Source: a virus (Duplodnaviria > Caudoviricetes). Taken from it: 64,000 bases of DNA. The stretch is taken from the IMG/VR virus record IMGVR_UViG_3300033177_000258. The stretch is one strand, 5' to 3'. The position numbers and the translations under genes were made by a program. Under the pieces are notes generated by a model that saw only the letters and a list, made by a program, of their open reading frames with translations, searched no databases and was not told the origin of the DNA. How positions within the stretch are numbered: position 1 is the first letter of the stretch; each line of letters begins with the position of its first letter. Shown in pieces: positions 39,908-49,014 of this stretch.

Positions 39908-40782
39908 TTCGTGCTCTGTCGTAGGGTTGCTCGTAATGAGAAGCCTCCTCTGCCGCTCTCAAACTTGGCCCCGATGAATTGCCCGTCTGTCAGGCTGGCG
40001 CGCAGCAGCGGCTTGTCGGGAACTACGATGGCGCTGTTGCCGCCCATCCGGCCCAGGGGCATGTCTCCGGCCCAGAAGCAGCGCACCAATACTACACCAA
40101 GATTCCGGGCCGTGTCAACAAATTGTAGGTCATACTCGGTCTCGCTCCAGCCCTCGGGGCGCCAGCCCCAACTCGGGATGGCAACGATGTCACCCGAGAG
40201 CGGCTGGTGCTTCCACTGGTCAACGAACTCGATGTCGTAGCAGATGGCGGCATGGAGGTAGCGGCCGTCGTCAGGGAAGTGGTAAGAGCCGATGCCGTCC
40301 AACGGTATGCAGGCCGGCCCCAACTTCCCCGTCTTCACTCCCATCATCTTCTCGACGTGGATGGGGTTCAGTTTGTCGTAGCGCGCCACAACTTCCCCGT
40401 CGTAAGCCACCACCCCTACGTTGTACAAGCCGTCTTCCCGCTTGACCACGACGCTGCCCCCAACGATGTAGGTCTTGGGGGAGTCCTTTGAGACGTTCCT
40501 GATGACCTGCTCGTAGAGCGCTTCGTCCATGGCTTCGTGCAGGCCGAGCCAGGGAATGGAAGGCGGGTGCCGCGCGAGCCAGTCCCCCGCTTTGTCCCAC
40601 CAACCCTGCTTGACTTCCAGCGGGCCGAACCCGTCCTTGTAGCCCCGCACCACGGCCGGCATGTTGAGCATCTCAGGCAGCACGACGACATCAACGCTGT
40701 TGCTGCGGCACAACTCGGCACAGTGCTTCAATTGCGGGATAAGCTGCAGACGGTAGTCCAACTGTGCGGCGGCAACTAGCAT
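39904..40782 (-). CDS. carbon-nitrogen hydrolase (nitrilase superfamily)
   Basis: E-K-C triad: VVLPEM, YDKLNP, ICYD. Confidence 0.85.
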   Translation of the reverse strand: MLVAAAQLDYRLQLIPQLKHCAELCRSNSVDVVVLPEMLNMPAVVRGYKDGFGPLEVKQGWWDKAGDWLARHPPSIPWLGLHEAMDEALYEQVIRNVSKDSPKTYIVGGSVVVKREDGLYNVGVVAYDGEVVARYDKLNPIHVEKMMGVKTGKLGPACIPLDGIGSYHFPDDGRYLHAAICYDIEFVDQWKHQPLSGDIVAIPSWGWRPEGWSETEYDLQFVDTARNLGVVLVRCFWAGDMPLGRMGGNSAIVVPDKPLLRASLTDGQFIGAKFESGRGGFSLRATLRQSTK

Positions 40783-40793
40783 TGGTCATCCCC

Positions 40794-41513
40794 TCACTTC
40801 AGCGCGGCGGCGGTCTCCAGCAGGAGCAGCATGGACAGGTGGGCGGCTACCAGGTGGAACGACACCACCGGCTTGCCGTTCTCGTCCATGGAGAAGCAGC
40901 CGACGTAGTGCACATCGCGCGACAGCATCTGCGTCAGGCACATCGAGCAGCGGTAGATGCGGTCCAGCGGGTTCGCCGCCGCCATGTCCTTGCGGGCCCA
41001 CTGGTACTCGCCGCTGGCGTTGCGGACAGCGCCGCCCTCCAACCACAGCAGGTCGGTACCCGCTGTCTTTGGTGGGAACAGGTTGCTGGCCGCGTGTACG
41101 GCGGGGCAGTTGTTGTAGTTGTTCGTCTTGCTCTTCCCGGTGAGCGCGCGGATACAGGTGTCGCATGACTCCTTGCAAACCGATAGCGCCGGGCCGGGCG
41201 GGGCGTTGAAGCCGGGACCAGCCACGACTTCCTTGGAGTCGGGGTTGTAGACCAGGGCCCCGAAGCACGACCTGTAGCAGTGCGGGTAGCTCTGCGTGCG
41301 CACGACTTGCCCGATGCGACGGAACAATGGACGCGCGGCGGCCATGGCGTCATCGGCATAGGTGCGCCACACGGTCTCGCAAGCGCGGTCGCTAGCGGCC
41401 ACAATACCCCAGCCAGCTTCGAGACACTCATCAGCCTCGGAGACGCCTTCGGTTAGTTGGCGCATCAGTTCCTGGAAATCCCCCGATACGGTGCGTTCAA
41501 GACCCTTCTTCAT
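40794..41513 (-). CDS. dCMP deaminase-like protein with HAA in place of HAE
   Basis: FGALV..GFNAPPG..CIR..CPAVHAASN..CSMC. Confidence 0.7.
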   Translation of the reverse strand: MKKGLERTVSGDFQELMRQLTEGVSEADECLEAGWGIVAASDRACETVWRTYADDAMAAARPLFRRIGQVVRTQSYPHCYRSCFGALVYNPDSKEVVAGPGFNAPPGPALSVCKESCDTCIRALTGKSKTNNYNNCPAVHAASNLFPPKTAGTDLLWLEGGAVRNASGEYQWARKDMAAANPLDRIYRCSMCLTQMLSRDVHYVGCFSMDENGKPVVSFHLVAAHLSMLLLLETAAALK

Positions 41514-41559
41514 CAGATACTCCTCTCGGCGAGTTGCAGAGGGAACCTATCTGTGCAGC

Positions 41560-41588
41560 TTGACGCCGGCGCCGCGTGCAGATACAAT
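41560..41588 (+). promoter_or_regulatory. sigma70-type promoter
   Basis: TTGACG-N17-TACAAT. Confidence 0.7.
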
Positions 41589-41606
41589 GCGTACAGGTAA
41601 CCACGA

Positions 41607-41816
41607 ATGGCCGACATCATTCTTGCAGGCGACCAACTAGAGGCTTATTGCAGAAAGTGCGGTCGTAGCATAGCACGCATTGACCCTCCGCGCAAGGGTG
41701 GCTTCATGAACGCCAGCCTCGATGCAGAGCAAGTCGTCAAGTGCAGCGTATGCGGCGAACTTCACACCGTCCAATGCCAACATGGCGCCAAGCTCAAGGA
41801 AATCGTGTTCACGTAG
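41607..41816 (+). CDS. small Zn-ribbon protein
   Basis: CRKCG..CSVCG. Confidence 0.7.
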   Translation: MADIILAGDQLEAYCRKCGRSIARIDPPRKGGFMNASLDAEQVVKCSVCGELHTVQCQHGAKLKEIVFT

Positions 41817-41828
41817 GAGAGAAATCCA

Positions 41829-42170
41829 ATGGCAGGCCATCCCGACCAGGCTACTATCTACGTCACCCCGTCGTCGGACGGCGGCAGCAACATCAGTTGC
41901 GCGGTGAGACCGCCCGCGTTCGACATCCGGGGCGCCGGCATGCAGGAGCTCGGCTTCCTGCAGTTCAACTGGAAGACCCTCATCCGCTCGTTCCTGACGC
42001 CGCTCGTCTCTGCGCTGCTCAAGGAGAAGGCGGCGGAGCGCATCACCGCGCATGTCACCGAGAAGTACGGCAAGGACGCTCTCACTGCGCTGTTGCAGGA
42101 GCGGGGCGTCGAATGCGTGGTCGAAGTCGTTATCGAGGCCACCGTCGCCGAGTGCGCGCAGCTCGTATAA
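41829..42170 (+). CDS. hypothetical protein
   Basis: AGGAG RBS. Confidence 0.7.
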   Translation: MAGHPDQATIYVTPSSDGGSNISCAVRPPAFDIRGAGMQELGFLQFNWKTLIRSFLTPLVSALLKEKAAERITAHVTEKYGKDALTALLQERGVECVVEVVIEATVAECAQLV

Positions 42171-42171
42171 C

Positions 42172-42417
42172 ATGACCACCATCGCCTGGAACTTTCCTTG
42201 CAACGTTTCACTCAGCGAGCAGATGGGGCGCGGTGTGCTTGGTGACGGGGACACCATCTGTCTGGCTGCGACTGTCGAGACCGTGGGGGCCGCCCTGCTT
42301 ATGGCCGGCCAGCACGGAACGGAAGAACAGGCGTTTATCGCTGCCGAAGCGTTAGTGGCCGGCCTCTGCAAACTGGGGCCGGCCGCTACCGTCTCATGTT
42401 CCATCAGCATCCCCTGA
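42172..42417 (+). CDS. hypothetical protein
   Basis: ATG directly after upstream stop. Confidence 0.55.
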   Translation: MTTIAWNFPCNVSLSEQMGRGVLGDGDTICLAATVETVGAALLMAGQHGTEEQAFIAAEALVAGLCKLGPAATVSCSISIP

Positions 42418-42432
42418 CCCGGAGGAAGACCC

Positions 42433-44286
42433 TTGGACCCTGCCCTGCTCAACAAGATTGCCCACGCCAAGTGCGAGACCATCCTGCCCAGCATCCCGGA
42501 CAACACGTTCGACATGATTTACTGGGACCCGCCGTACTACCTGCGGCTCGGGCGCGAGCGCCTGCTTACGCTGGAGAGCGGCCGGGAAGTCAATGGCTGC
42601 TTCGAGGAGTGGGACCAATTCGAGAGCCTGGAAGACTATGACCAGAAGATGGGCACCGTCATAGCCGAACTTCAGCGGGTGCTCAAGCCATCTGGAAGCC
42701 TGTGGGCCAGCGGAACCTACCATTGCGTGCATCGTATCGGACGGCTTGCCGAGGACCTTGGCATGTGGCACTTCAGTGAGTGTATATGGCAGAAATGTCT
42801 CTCACGAACTACCAGGCTGTACGTGAGGTGGGGGGAAGAAGGTGAGCGTGAAGGGGTCGCGACACTAGAAGACGTGGCTGAAGCCAAGTCCCAGGTATAT
42901 CTCTGGGATGGGGTAAAATGGAATCGCGTAAAGCAGATAGCCCGTACTGCACAGCCGGAAGCGCCGCTAGGCCTCAGACTGCGTAATGGGGAAATTGTGC
43001 GGTGCACCGCTAATCATCGGTGGCCGACCAATCGCGGGCTGTTGCGTGCTGACGAAGTGCGTCCCGGAGACATCATTGAGACCTGCCGGCTACCCGAGCC
43101 GCCCTCAAAAGCAAAGAACAAACACATACCGGATGCAATTGGGTGGCTGGTTGGACTCTTTCTTGCCGAGGGCAGTTGGGACCGCGTTGACAAGGATGGC
43201 GGATACGCTTTCAAGCTGTCTATCCATACAGATGAGCTCGGGGCGTTTCTCCCTCGCGTTCGGGAAGCCGCAGACTGGTACGACAGCACCGTCTCGACAT
43301 ACACGTCCGGGAACAGGACTTACATCCGAGTTTGCGGCCGGGTCCTATGCCAGATAGTCTCAACGTATATCAGCGGAGACAGCTCTAGAACCAAGCATCT
43401 TCGGCCAGTAGTGTGGGACCGAAGCAATCTATTCCTAGAAGAATTATTCCAAGGGTATCTCGACGGAGACGGAAGCAGCTATGGTGTGGGGCAGTGGAGG
43501 CTGGGCTTCTCTCGCAATGATACTTTAGCCAGCCAACTCCGTACTTTGGGGGCTCGGTTGGGTTACCAAGTGTATGTGAAACCGACGAGAGCATCCAAAA
43601 AGGACAATGTGGACGCCGGGTTTTCTGGGTGGGTCAGCAATGGCGCGTCTCGTCAGCGTGCGAACAGTGGAGAGGTCGTCGCCATCGTTGGCTCCAAGGC
43701 CGATGCCGTATTCTACGACATCTGTCTAGAGGAAGAGCCCCACCTGTTCGCACTAGCTTCGGGCATACTTAGCCACAACAGCAACCCGATGCCCAACTTC
43801 CTCAAGGCGCGCCCCACCAACAGCTTCGAGACCCTGCTCTGGTTCTGCAAGAACGAGAAGAGCTCCAAACAGGTTAGCCGCAAGTTCAACTTCGAGCTCA
43901 TGCGGGAGTATGGCATCAATGACCACGGGTCGGCTGGCGGCATGGGTATCTGGAAGGTGGCTCTGTGTCAGGGGGGAGAGCGGCTGAAGAGCGACGGGGA
44001 GTCTCTGCACAGCACTCAGAAGCCACTGGAGCTCCTGCGCCGGATGCTGAGTGTCTGTACCGCGCAGGGGGACCTGGTGCTGGACCCGATGGGTGGTACG
44101 TGCACCACCGCCGTGGCCTGCAAGCAGATGCGCCGCAACTTCGTAGTGATTGAGCAGATAGCTAAGTATGCGGAGGCGGGACGTGGGCGTCTCAAGAAAC
44201 TTAGCCCTCTGGACATTATCGCTACGGAGACAGACGATGAACGAAATAGGAAGGCAGGTGCTTCGGCAGAGACTGGAGACGATTAG
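42433..44286 (+). CDS. beta-class amino (N6A/N4C) DNA methyltransferase, CcrM/M.HinfI-like, containing an intein
   Basis: DPPY, GTYHC, spliced IWQK|SNPMPNF..TNSFETLLW, HSTQKP, VLDPMGGTCTT. Confidence 0.9.
   Translation: MDPALLNKIAHAKCETILPSIPDNTFDMIYWDPPYYLRLGRERLLTLESGREVNGCFEEWDQFESLEDYDQKMGTVIAELQRVLKPSGSLWASGTYHCVHRIGRLAEDLGMWHFSECIWQKCLSRTTRLYVRWGEEGEREGVATLEDVAEAKSQVYLWDGVKWNRVKQIARTAQPEAPLGLRLRNGEIVRCTANHRWPTNRGLLRADEVRPGDIIETCRLPEPPSKAKNKHIPDAIGWLVGLFLAEGSWDRVDKDGGYAFKLSIHTDELGAFLPRVREAADWYDSTVSTYTSGNRTYIRVCGRVLCQIVSTYISGDSSRTKHLRPVVWDRSNLFLEELFQGYLDGDGSSYGVGQWRLGFSRNDTLASQLRTLGARLGYQVYVKPTRASKKDNVDAGFSGWVSNGASRQRANSGEVVAIVGSKADAVFYDICLEEEPHLFALASGILSHNSNPMPNFLKARPTNSFETLLWFCKNEKSSKQVSRKFNFELMREYGINDHGSAGGMGIWKVALCQGGERLKSDGESLHSTQKPLELLRRMLSVCTAQGDLVLDPMGGTCTTAVACKQMRRNFVVIEQIAKYAEAGRGRLKKLSPLDIIATETDDERNRKAGASAETGDD
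42796..43779 (+). mobile_element. intein (328 aa) with LAGLIDADG homing endonuclease
   Basis: K|CLSRTT..CTANHRW..GILSHN|S; LVGLFLAEGS and FQGYLDGDG. Confidence 0.92.
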
Positions 44287-44521
44287 TGAGACCATCACCC
44301 GAGTGGCCGGCTTTCACGAGCCTGTGCGGACCCACCGCCTACATGGGAGCGCACGGGCCCTGCGCCAGACGGCTAAGTCGTGCAAGGACGTACATGAGGA
44401 GCACCTGGCCCGTCGCGTCACCGTCGCTTCCGTGCTGCTGTTCAAGAACCCCGCCGAACCAGACGAAGCTCTGAAAGTGCTCGCAGAAATCACCGAGGGC
44501 CTGGTGTCAAAAAAAGGTTGA
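44237..44521 (+). CDS. hypothetical protein
   Basis: GGAG RBS, ATG 44237. Confidence 0.6.
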   Translation: MNEIGRQVLRQRLETISETITRVAGFHEPVRTHRLHGSARALRQTAKSCKDVHEEHLARRVTVASVLLFKNPAEPDEALKVLAEITEGLVSKKG

Positions 44522-44546
44522 CAGGATTCGCCAACCTTGTTATCAT
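44514..44546 (+). promoter_or_regulatory. sigma70 promoter overlapped by an inverted repeat (probable operator)
   Basis: TTGACA-N17-TATCAT; AAGGTTG-N11-CAACCTT. Confidence 0.75.
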
Positions 44547-44564
44547 CGCCTCGGTGAGAGAACT

Positions 44565-45482
44565 ATGAGCGACAACAAACCCCTTATCACACAGATGGTC
44601 CAGAAGCGCGGGCTCAACATCTCTGAGCTCGCCAAGAAGCTCGACATCAGCCGCACCAGCCTCTACGACCTGTCCAACCCCGACAAGCCGTCCACTGCCG
44701 CCATGCTGAATCTGGTATGCGCCGAGCTGAAGTGTGCACCCCAGGACATCATGCCGCTTAGTAAGCTCGCGCAGTTCATCGGCGGCGGCTGGGAGAACTC
44801 GGGCCAGGTAGCGGTCATCGGCTCCAGCGCCTTCCATCGCGCCAAGCTGCGCGGGATGGGCCAGGACATGGCCGGTCTCGCGGCGGAGCTGTGTATCGCC
44901 TTCTGGCGCTACAAGCACTCCCTGCCATCAGCCAAGCAGGTGGGGGACCTGGCGAAGGAACTGGCCGGCCAGGACGGCAAGAAGGTCGTGGAGGTCGTGT
45001 GGGAGGTGTTGACGGACCCCGTGGTAGTGACGCTCCGGGGCCCCAGCGACTTCGACGCGGAGACCCCCAGCGTCTTCCTCATCAGCCCCGTGCGGACAGA
45101 TGATGAAGAGCTCAAGCGGTTGGCCGAACGGCACACGAAGATGCTGGAGCAGCATGGGGTCAAGGTCCATTCCCCCATCCGCGATACCTACCAGGAGGAG
45201 CCGCACGGGTTTGGTATCGTCTGCCACAACATTGACGCCATATCCCGCGCGAGCGAAATCCACGTCCTGTGGCATCCTAAGTCGCAGGGCATCGCGGCGG
45301 ACCTGCAGGTGGCCATGGCCCTCTCTAAGCCGACGTTCCTCATCAATTTCGAGGGTCTGGAGCCCATGCCCGAGAAGTCCTACACCAACGTGATGCTCCT
45401 GGTTGACGCCATCTGGCGTGAGACGTTGGAGCGTCAGGGGCTGGACAGCGAAGGCATGGCCATCGCTCTGTCGCTACAATGA
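44565..45482 (+). CDS. XRE/Cro HTH regulator fused to a nucleoside 2-deoxyribosyltransferase-like domain
   Basis: LNISELAKKLDISRTSLYDL; VFLISPVR..VHSPIRD..NIDAISRA..SQGIAADLQVAMALSKP. Confidence 0.75.
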   Translation: MSDNKPLITQMVQKRGLNISELAKKLDISRTSLYDLSNPDKPSTAAMLNLVCAELKCAPQDIMPLSKLAQFIGGGWENSGQVAVIGSSAFHRAKLRGMGQDMAGLAAELCIAFWRYKHSLPSAKQVGDLAKELAGQDGKKVVEVVWEVLTDPVVVTLRGPSDFDAETPSVFLISPVRTDDEELKRLAERHTKMLEQHGVKVHSPIRDTYQEEPHGFGIVCHNIDAISRASEIHVLWHPKSQGIAADLQVAMALSKPTFLINFEGLEPMPEKSYTNVMLLVDAIWRETLERQGLDSEGMAIALSLQ

Positions 45483-45871
45483 AAGGCGGGACCGGAATGA
45501 CTTTCGACCAGACACACAACCCGGATGCCATCTGCTCGTGCGGGCACACCTACATCAACCACTTCATAGAGCGAGTACAAGACGAAGTGGCCGGCTGCCG
45601 CTACTGTGCATGCAGGACATTCGTATTGGTCGCGCCGGGCGAACTTCCCGCGTCCCCATTTCGGTCGGCCGTCCAACAGATGGTGGGCTTGTTGATGGGC
45701 TCAGATACTGACCTGTATCTTCGCTACAAGGGCGGTGGCCGGCTGTCAAGTGAAGAGAAGGCGCGCGTAGCGTCCTGGGGGTGGGACAAAGAAGGCGAGC
45801 CTCCTCTGGCCACACCCCCAGACATTCGCGCCGGGGCTACATCGGCATATGCCGACCGACCGCTTCCTTGA
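45479..45871 (+). CDS. hypothetical protein with Cys/His cluster
   Basis: CSCGH..H..CRYCAC. Confidence 0.65.
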   Translation: MKGGTGMTFDQTHNPDAICSCGHTYINHFIERVQDEVAGCRYCACRTFVLVAPGELPASPFRSAVQQMVGLLMGSDTDLYLRYKGGGRLSSEEKARVASWGWDKEGEPPLATPPDIRAGATSAYADRPLP

Positions 45872-46265
45872 ACTTCCGCACCTCGGACGACGACACGAAC
45901 TTCCCCTCCACCATCACGCGCTCCAGCATGTTGATGAACCTCAACTGGTCGCCCTGAGGCGCCAGCTCCCCACAGATGCGCCCCAGGTGCTGCGCCACCA
46001 TGTGCTTCGGAATGGTGGCCAGGTGCTGGAACGTCTCCTCCGTGTCCACCTTCTCCACTACCCGCTGCAGGGCGCCGGCCGTAGCGTCGTCCAGGTCGTG
46101 CTGGAACTTAGCCAGGTTCTCGCGGATGGTCTGGGCGAAGGCCTTGGTTGGGAACTGACCGGGGGCGTGCTGCGCGAACCCCTTGTTCTCTTGGATTTCG
46201 ACAGGCATTAACTTCCTCCTGGCGTTCTGCTCAGATACTAGTACCAGAGCTATCTTTACAGCCAT
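45837..46265 (-). CDS. hypothetical protein
   Basis: Coding bias; AGGAGG before an alternative ATG at 46208. Confidence 0.65.
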   Translation of the reverse strand: MAVKIALVLVSEQNARRKLMPVEIQENKGFAQHAPGQFPTKAFAQTIRENLAKFQHDLDDATAGALQRVVEKVDTEETFQHLATIPKHMVAQHLGRICGELAPQGDQLRFINMLERVMVEGKFVSSSEVRKFKEAVGRHMPM

Positions 46266-46340
46266 TTCTGCATTTCTGCTGCAGTTCTTGGCCCCCTCTT
46301 CGGAATACTTCCAAGGTAGCGTTTTGGAGGTCTACTCTCA

Positions 46341-47333
46341 ATGGCGCATACTTTGTGGGTCAACCCCGCCATACTGGCTCTCCTCGGGGAGAACACTGAC
46401 GCCCTGAAGGTATTGGCGGATTGGTTCATCATCGAGGAGACGTATCCCAACGGCACCGGCCGGCCCACGTACATGGGCCGCGTGGCCGGAGCAAAGAAGA
46501 CCGGCCTCAACCGCCGTCTCTCGGGCGCCAAGATTGTGCTTCAGGTGGAGAGCGATTCCACCTGGGCGACCCTTGACGGCAACAACACCCCGCGCGACCA
46601 GTACGTGTCGCTCAATGACGTTCGGCGACAGTTGGCCGCGCACAGCATCACCATCGAATTGCCCGAGAGCAAAGCCCCGGTTCGCAAGCTGGACGACGAG
46701 GCCCAGGCGGAGGAGCCTTCCACCGAGCCGCCCCAAGAAGACACTGGGGAGGCCATGGACGACAGCTTCAGGCGCCTGCTCCCCAGCATCACCGAGCACA
46801 CCCTGGTGCTGAGTCTCATTGACGCCATCCAGGACCGCAAAGAGAATCTCTTCGCTCAGCAGCGGATAGCCAAGTATTTCCAGGACTTCCCGGAGCTCAA
46901 CATCGCTCCCGACGAGACGCTGGTCGCGGCATTGATGATTAACGAGCTCACGACCTACCGGCTGCAGCGCGACGTGGCGCAGGGCAAGGATGTCAACCCC
47001 AACCAGATTGCCAAGGCCCAGGAGAACTGGATGAGCGCGGCCATGGCGCTGGGCGTGACCCGCACACAGCGGCTCAAGCAGGGCGACACGCTTGGCTCCT
47101 CTATCGCCGACCTGGCGGCGCAGTATGACGAGCTGCAGCGCCAGGCGCTGAGACAGTTCGAGCGCGACATCGAGGAAGAGAAGCCCATCATCGAGCGGGC
47201 CCGCGAGCGCCAGCAGCGCGAGCTCTCGCCGGGCACGGCGGAAGCGGTCCTGGAAGCCGAGTTCGGTATCCGTGCCGACATTCAGCGTAACGAGTTCGCT
47301 GTGACGGAGGAAGAAGCTGATGCCCCGTCTTAG
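46341..47333 (+). CDS. hypothetical protein, terminase small subunit candidate
   Basis: Directly upstream of and overlapping terL; helical C-term with ALGVTRTQR. Confidence 0.6.
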   Translation: MAHTLWVNPAILALLGENTDALKVLADWFIIEETYPNGTGRPTYMGRVAGAKKTGLNRRLSGAKIVLQVESDSTWATLDGNNTPRDQYVSLNDVRRQLAAHSITIELPESKAPVRKLDDEAQAEEPSTEPPQEDTGEAMDDSFRRLLPSITEHTLVLSLIDAIQDRKENLFAQQRIAKYFQDFPELNIAPDETLVAALMINELTTYRLQRDVAQGKDVNPNQIAKAQENWMSAAMALGVTRTQRLKQGDTLGSSIADLAAQYDELQRQALRQFERDIEEEKPIIERARERQQRELSPGTAEAVLEAEFGIRADIQRNEFAVTEEEADAPS

Positions 47334-49005
47334 CCCACTCACCAAGAACGACATTGCTCTGCTGAGGCTGTTCAGAAGCGACCCCGTATTCGCCGGCACC
47401 ATTCTCATCGGCGATGAGTACATGCCGCACCAGCGGTTCTTCTACCGGGACTCGTGGAACAAGACGTTCATCATGAACGCGCGTGGTCGTGGTACCACCA
47501 AGACGTTCGACCTCAGCCGCATGGCCATCCTGGAAGCCATCCTGTACTCGGGCTGGAAGGTCGGCATCGTCGGCCCGTCGTTCCGTCAGGCCAAGTTCGT
47601 CTTCGCCGAAATCGAGCGTGCCATTAACAAGAGCCCGTTCCTGCAGCGCTGCACGATGAGAAACGGCGGCCCATCGAACCTGGCTGACCAGTCCATCTGG
47701 AAGCTCAGGAACGGCAGCATGGTCTTTGCCCTGCCGCTGGGTGATGGCAACAAGATTCGCGGCGCTCGCGCCAACAGCATCCTCATGGACGAGGCGGCGC
47801 AGATTACGCCAGAGGTCATTGACCTGGTTATCAAGCCGCTGGCGGCCACGGCTGCTGACCCGGCTGCCCAAGTGCGCCTGGCGCGCCTGAAGCGATACGA
47901 AGCCGAAATCCGCGAAGCCGGCATTGACTTCGACCGGCTGTCCCGGAGCAACCGCCTCATCCTGTCGTCTTCTGCCTACTACCAGTTCAATCACTTCTAT
48001 GAGAAGTACAAGCAGTACCTGAGGTACACCGCAGAGTTCCTTGAGGATGGCAGCCACAACCCCGAGTACGACCCGGCCTATGGGCTCTACGTGTTCGACT
48101 ACCGCGACCTGCCTGAAGGGTTCATGTCCGCTTCCGTCATCAATGACGCCATGAAGACGATGGGCGTCATCGAGTTCCTGATGGAGTGGTGCGCCTACTT
48201 CCCTGCCGACAGCGACGGCTTCTTCAACGCCAGCCTCATCCAGCAGTGCGTGAACCCGCAACTGTCCGTGCGCCTGGCCCCGGTCCCTGGCCGGCGCTAT
48301 GTGATGGCTGTTGACCCCGCCCGCACGGGTGACTACTTCGCGATTTCGGTGTTCGAAGAAGTCGAGCCCGGCCTGTGGGCCATGGTCTACTGCTTCGCGG
48401 ACAAAGGGCTCAGCACCCCCGTCATGCGCGACATCATCGGGGGCATCGCCGCCAGGTTCAACGTGGCTCACATCTGCATAGATAGAGGAGGCGGTGGCTT
48501 GGCGCTCGTGGACCTGCTCTGCGAGCCGGGGGACAAGGAAGGCTTCATGCCGCCGCTCTCAAACGTGGTGATTCCCTACGGGCAGTTCGGGCTCTTCGAT
48601 GAGGAGAACCCCGGCGACCCCAAGAACATCCTGGACCCGGTGGCGCAAAGCACCGAAGTCAACAAAGAGCTCTACATGGGCCTGAAGAGCGGCCTGGAAA
48701 CTAAGCGCATCCAGTTCGCGGGCAAGGTTGACCCGTTCGTCACCGGGGGCCCTCTACTCGAAGCGGCCGAGCAAGCTCAGGACCACATCATGGCCGCCCA
48801 GCGCGAACTTCGCGCTATCCAGATGAGCGCCAACAACAACGGCACCCTGCATTTCGACACACCGGGCAACCAGCCCAAAGACCGCGCGATAGTGACCTGT
48901 CTGGGGAACTACGCTGCGAAGCGCGTAACTCTGCAAACCACGAGCGAAGGCGACCCCTTGCCGGGTGGCTCAGTCAGTACGGGCGTATTCGGCCAGCGTC
49001 GCTAG
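47320..49005 (+). CDS. terL: terminase large subunit
   Basis: ARGRGTTKT Walker A, KIRGARANSILMDEA Walker B, ILSSSA, nuclease AVDPARTGD and PKDR. Confidence 0.93.
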   Translation: MPRLSPLTKNDIALLRLFRSDPVFAGTILIGDEYMPHQRFFYRDSWNKTFIMNARGRGTTKTFDLSRMAILEAILYSGWKVGIVGPSFRQAKFVFAEIERAINKSPFLQRCTMRNGGPSNLADQSIWKLRNGSMVFALPLGDGNKIRGARANSILMDEAAQITPEVIDLVIKPLAATAADPAAQVRLARLKRYEAEIREAGIDFDRLSRSNRLILSSSAYYQFNHFYEKYKQYLRYTAEFLEDGSHNPEYDPAYGLYVFDYRDLPEGFMSASVINDAMKTMGVIEFLMEWCAYFPADSDGFFNASLIQQCVNPQLSVRLAPVPGRRYVMAVDPARTGDYFAISVFEEVEPGLWAMVYCFADKGLSTPVMRDIIGGIAARFNVAHICIDRGGGGLALVDLLCEPGDKEGFMPPLSNVVIPYGQFGLFDEENPGDPKNILDPVAQSTEVNKELYMGLKSGLETKRIQFAGKVDPFVTGGPLLEAAEQAQDHIMAAQRELRAIQMSANNNGTLHFDTPGNQPKDRAIVTCLGNYAAKRVTLQTTSEGDPLPGGSVSTGVFGQRR

Positions 49006-49014
49006 GAGTCCTTA

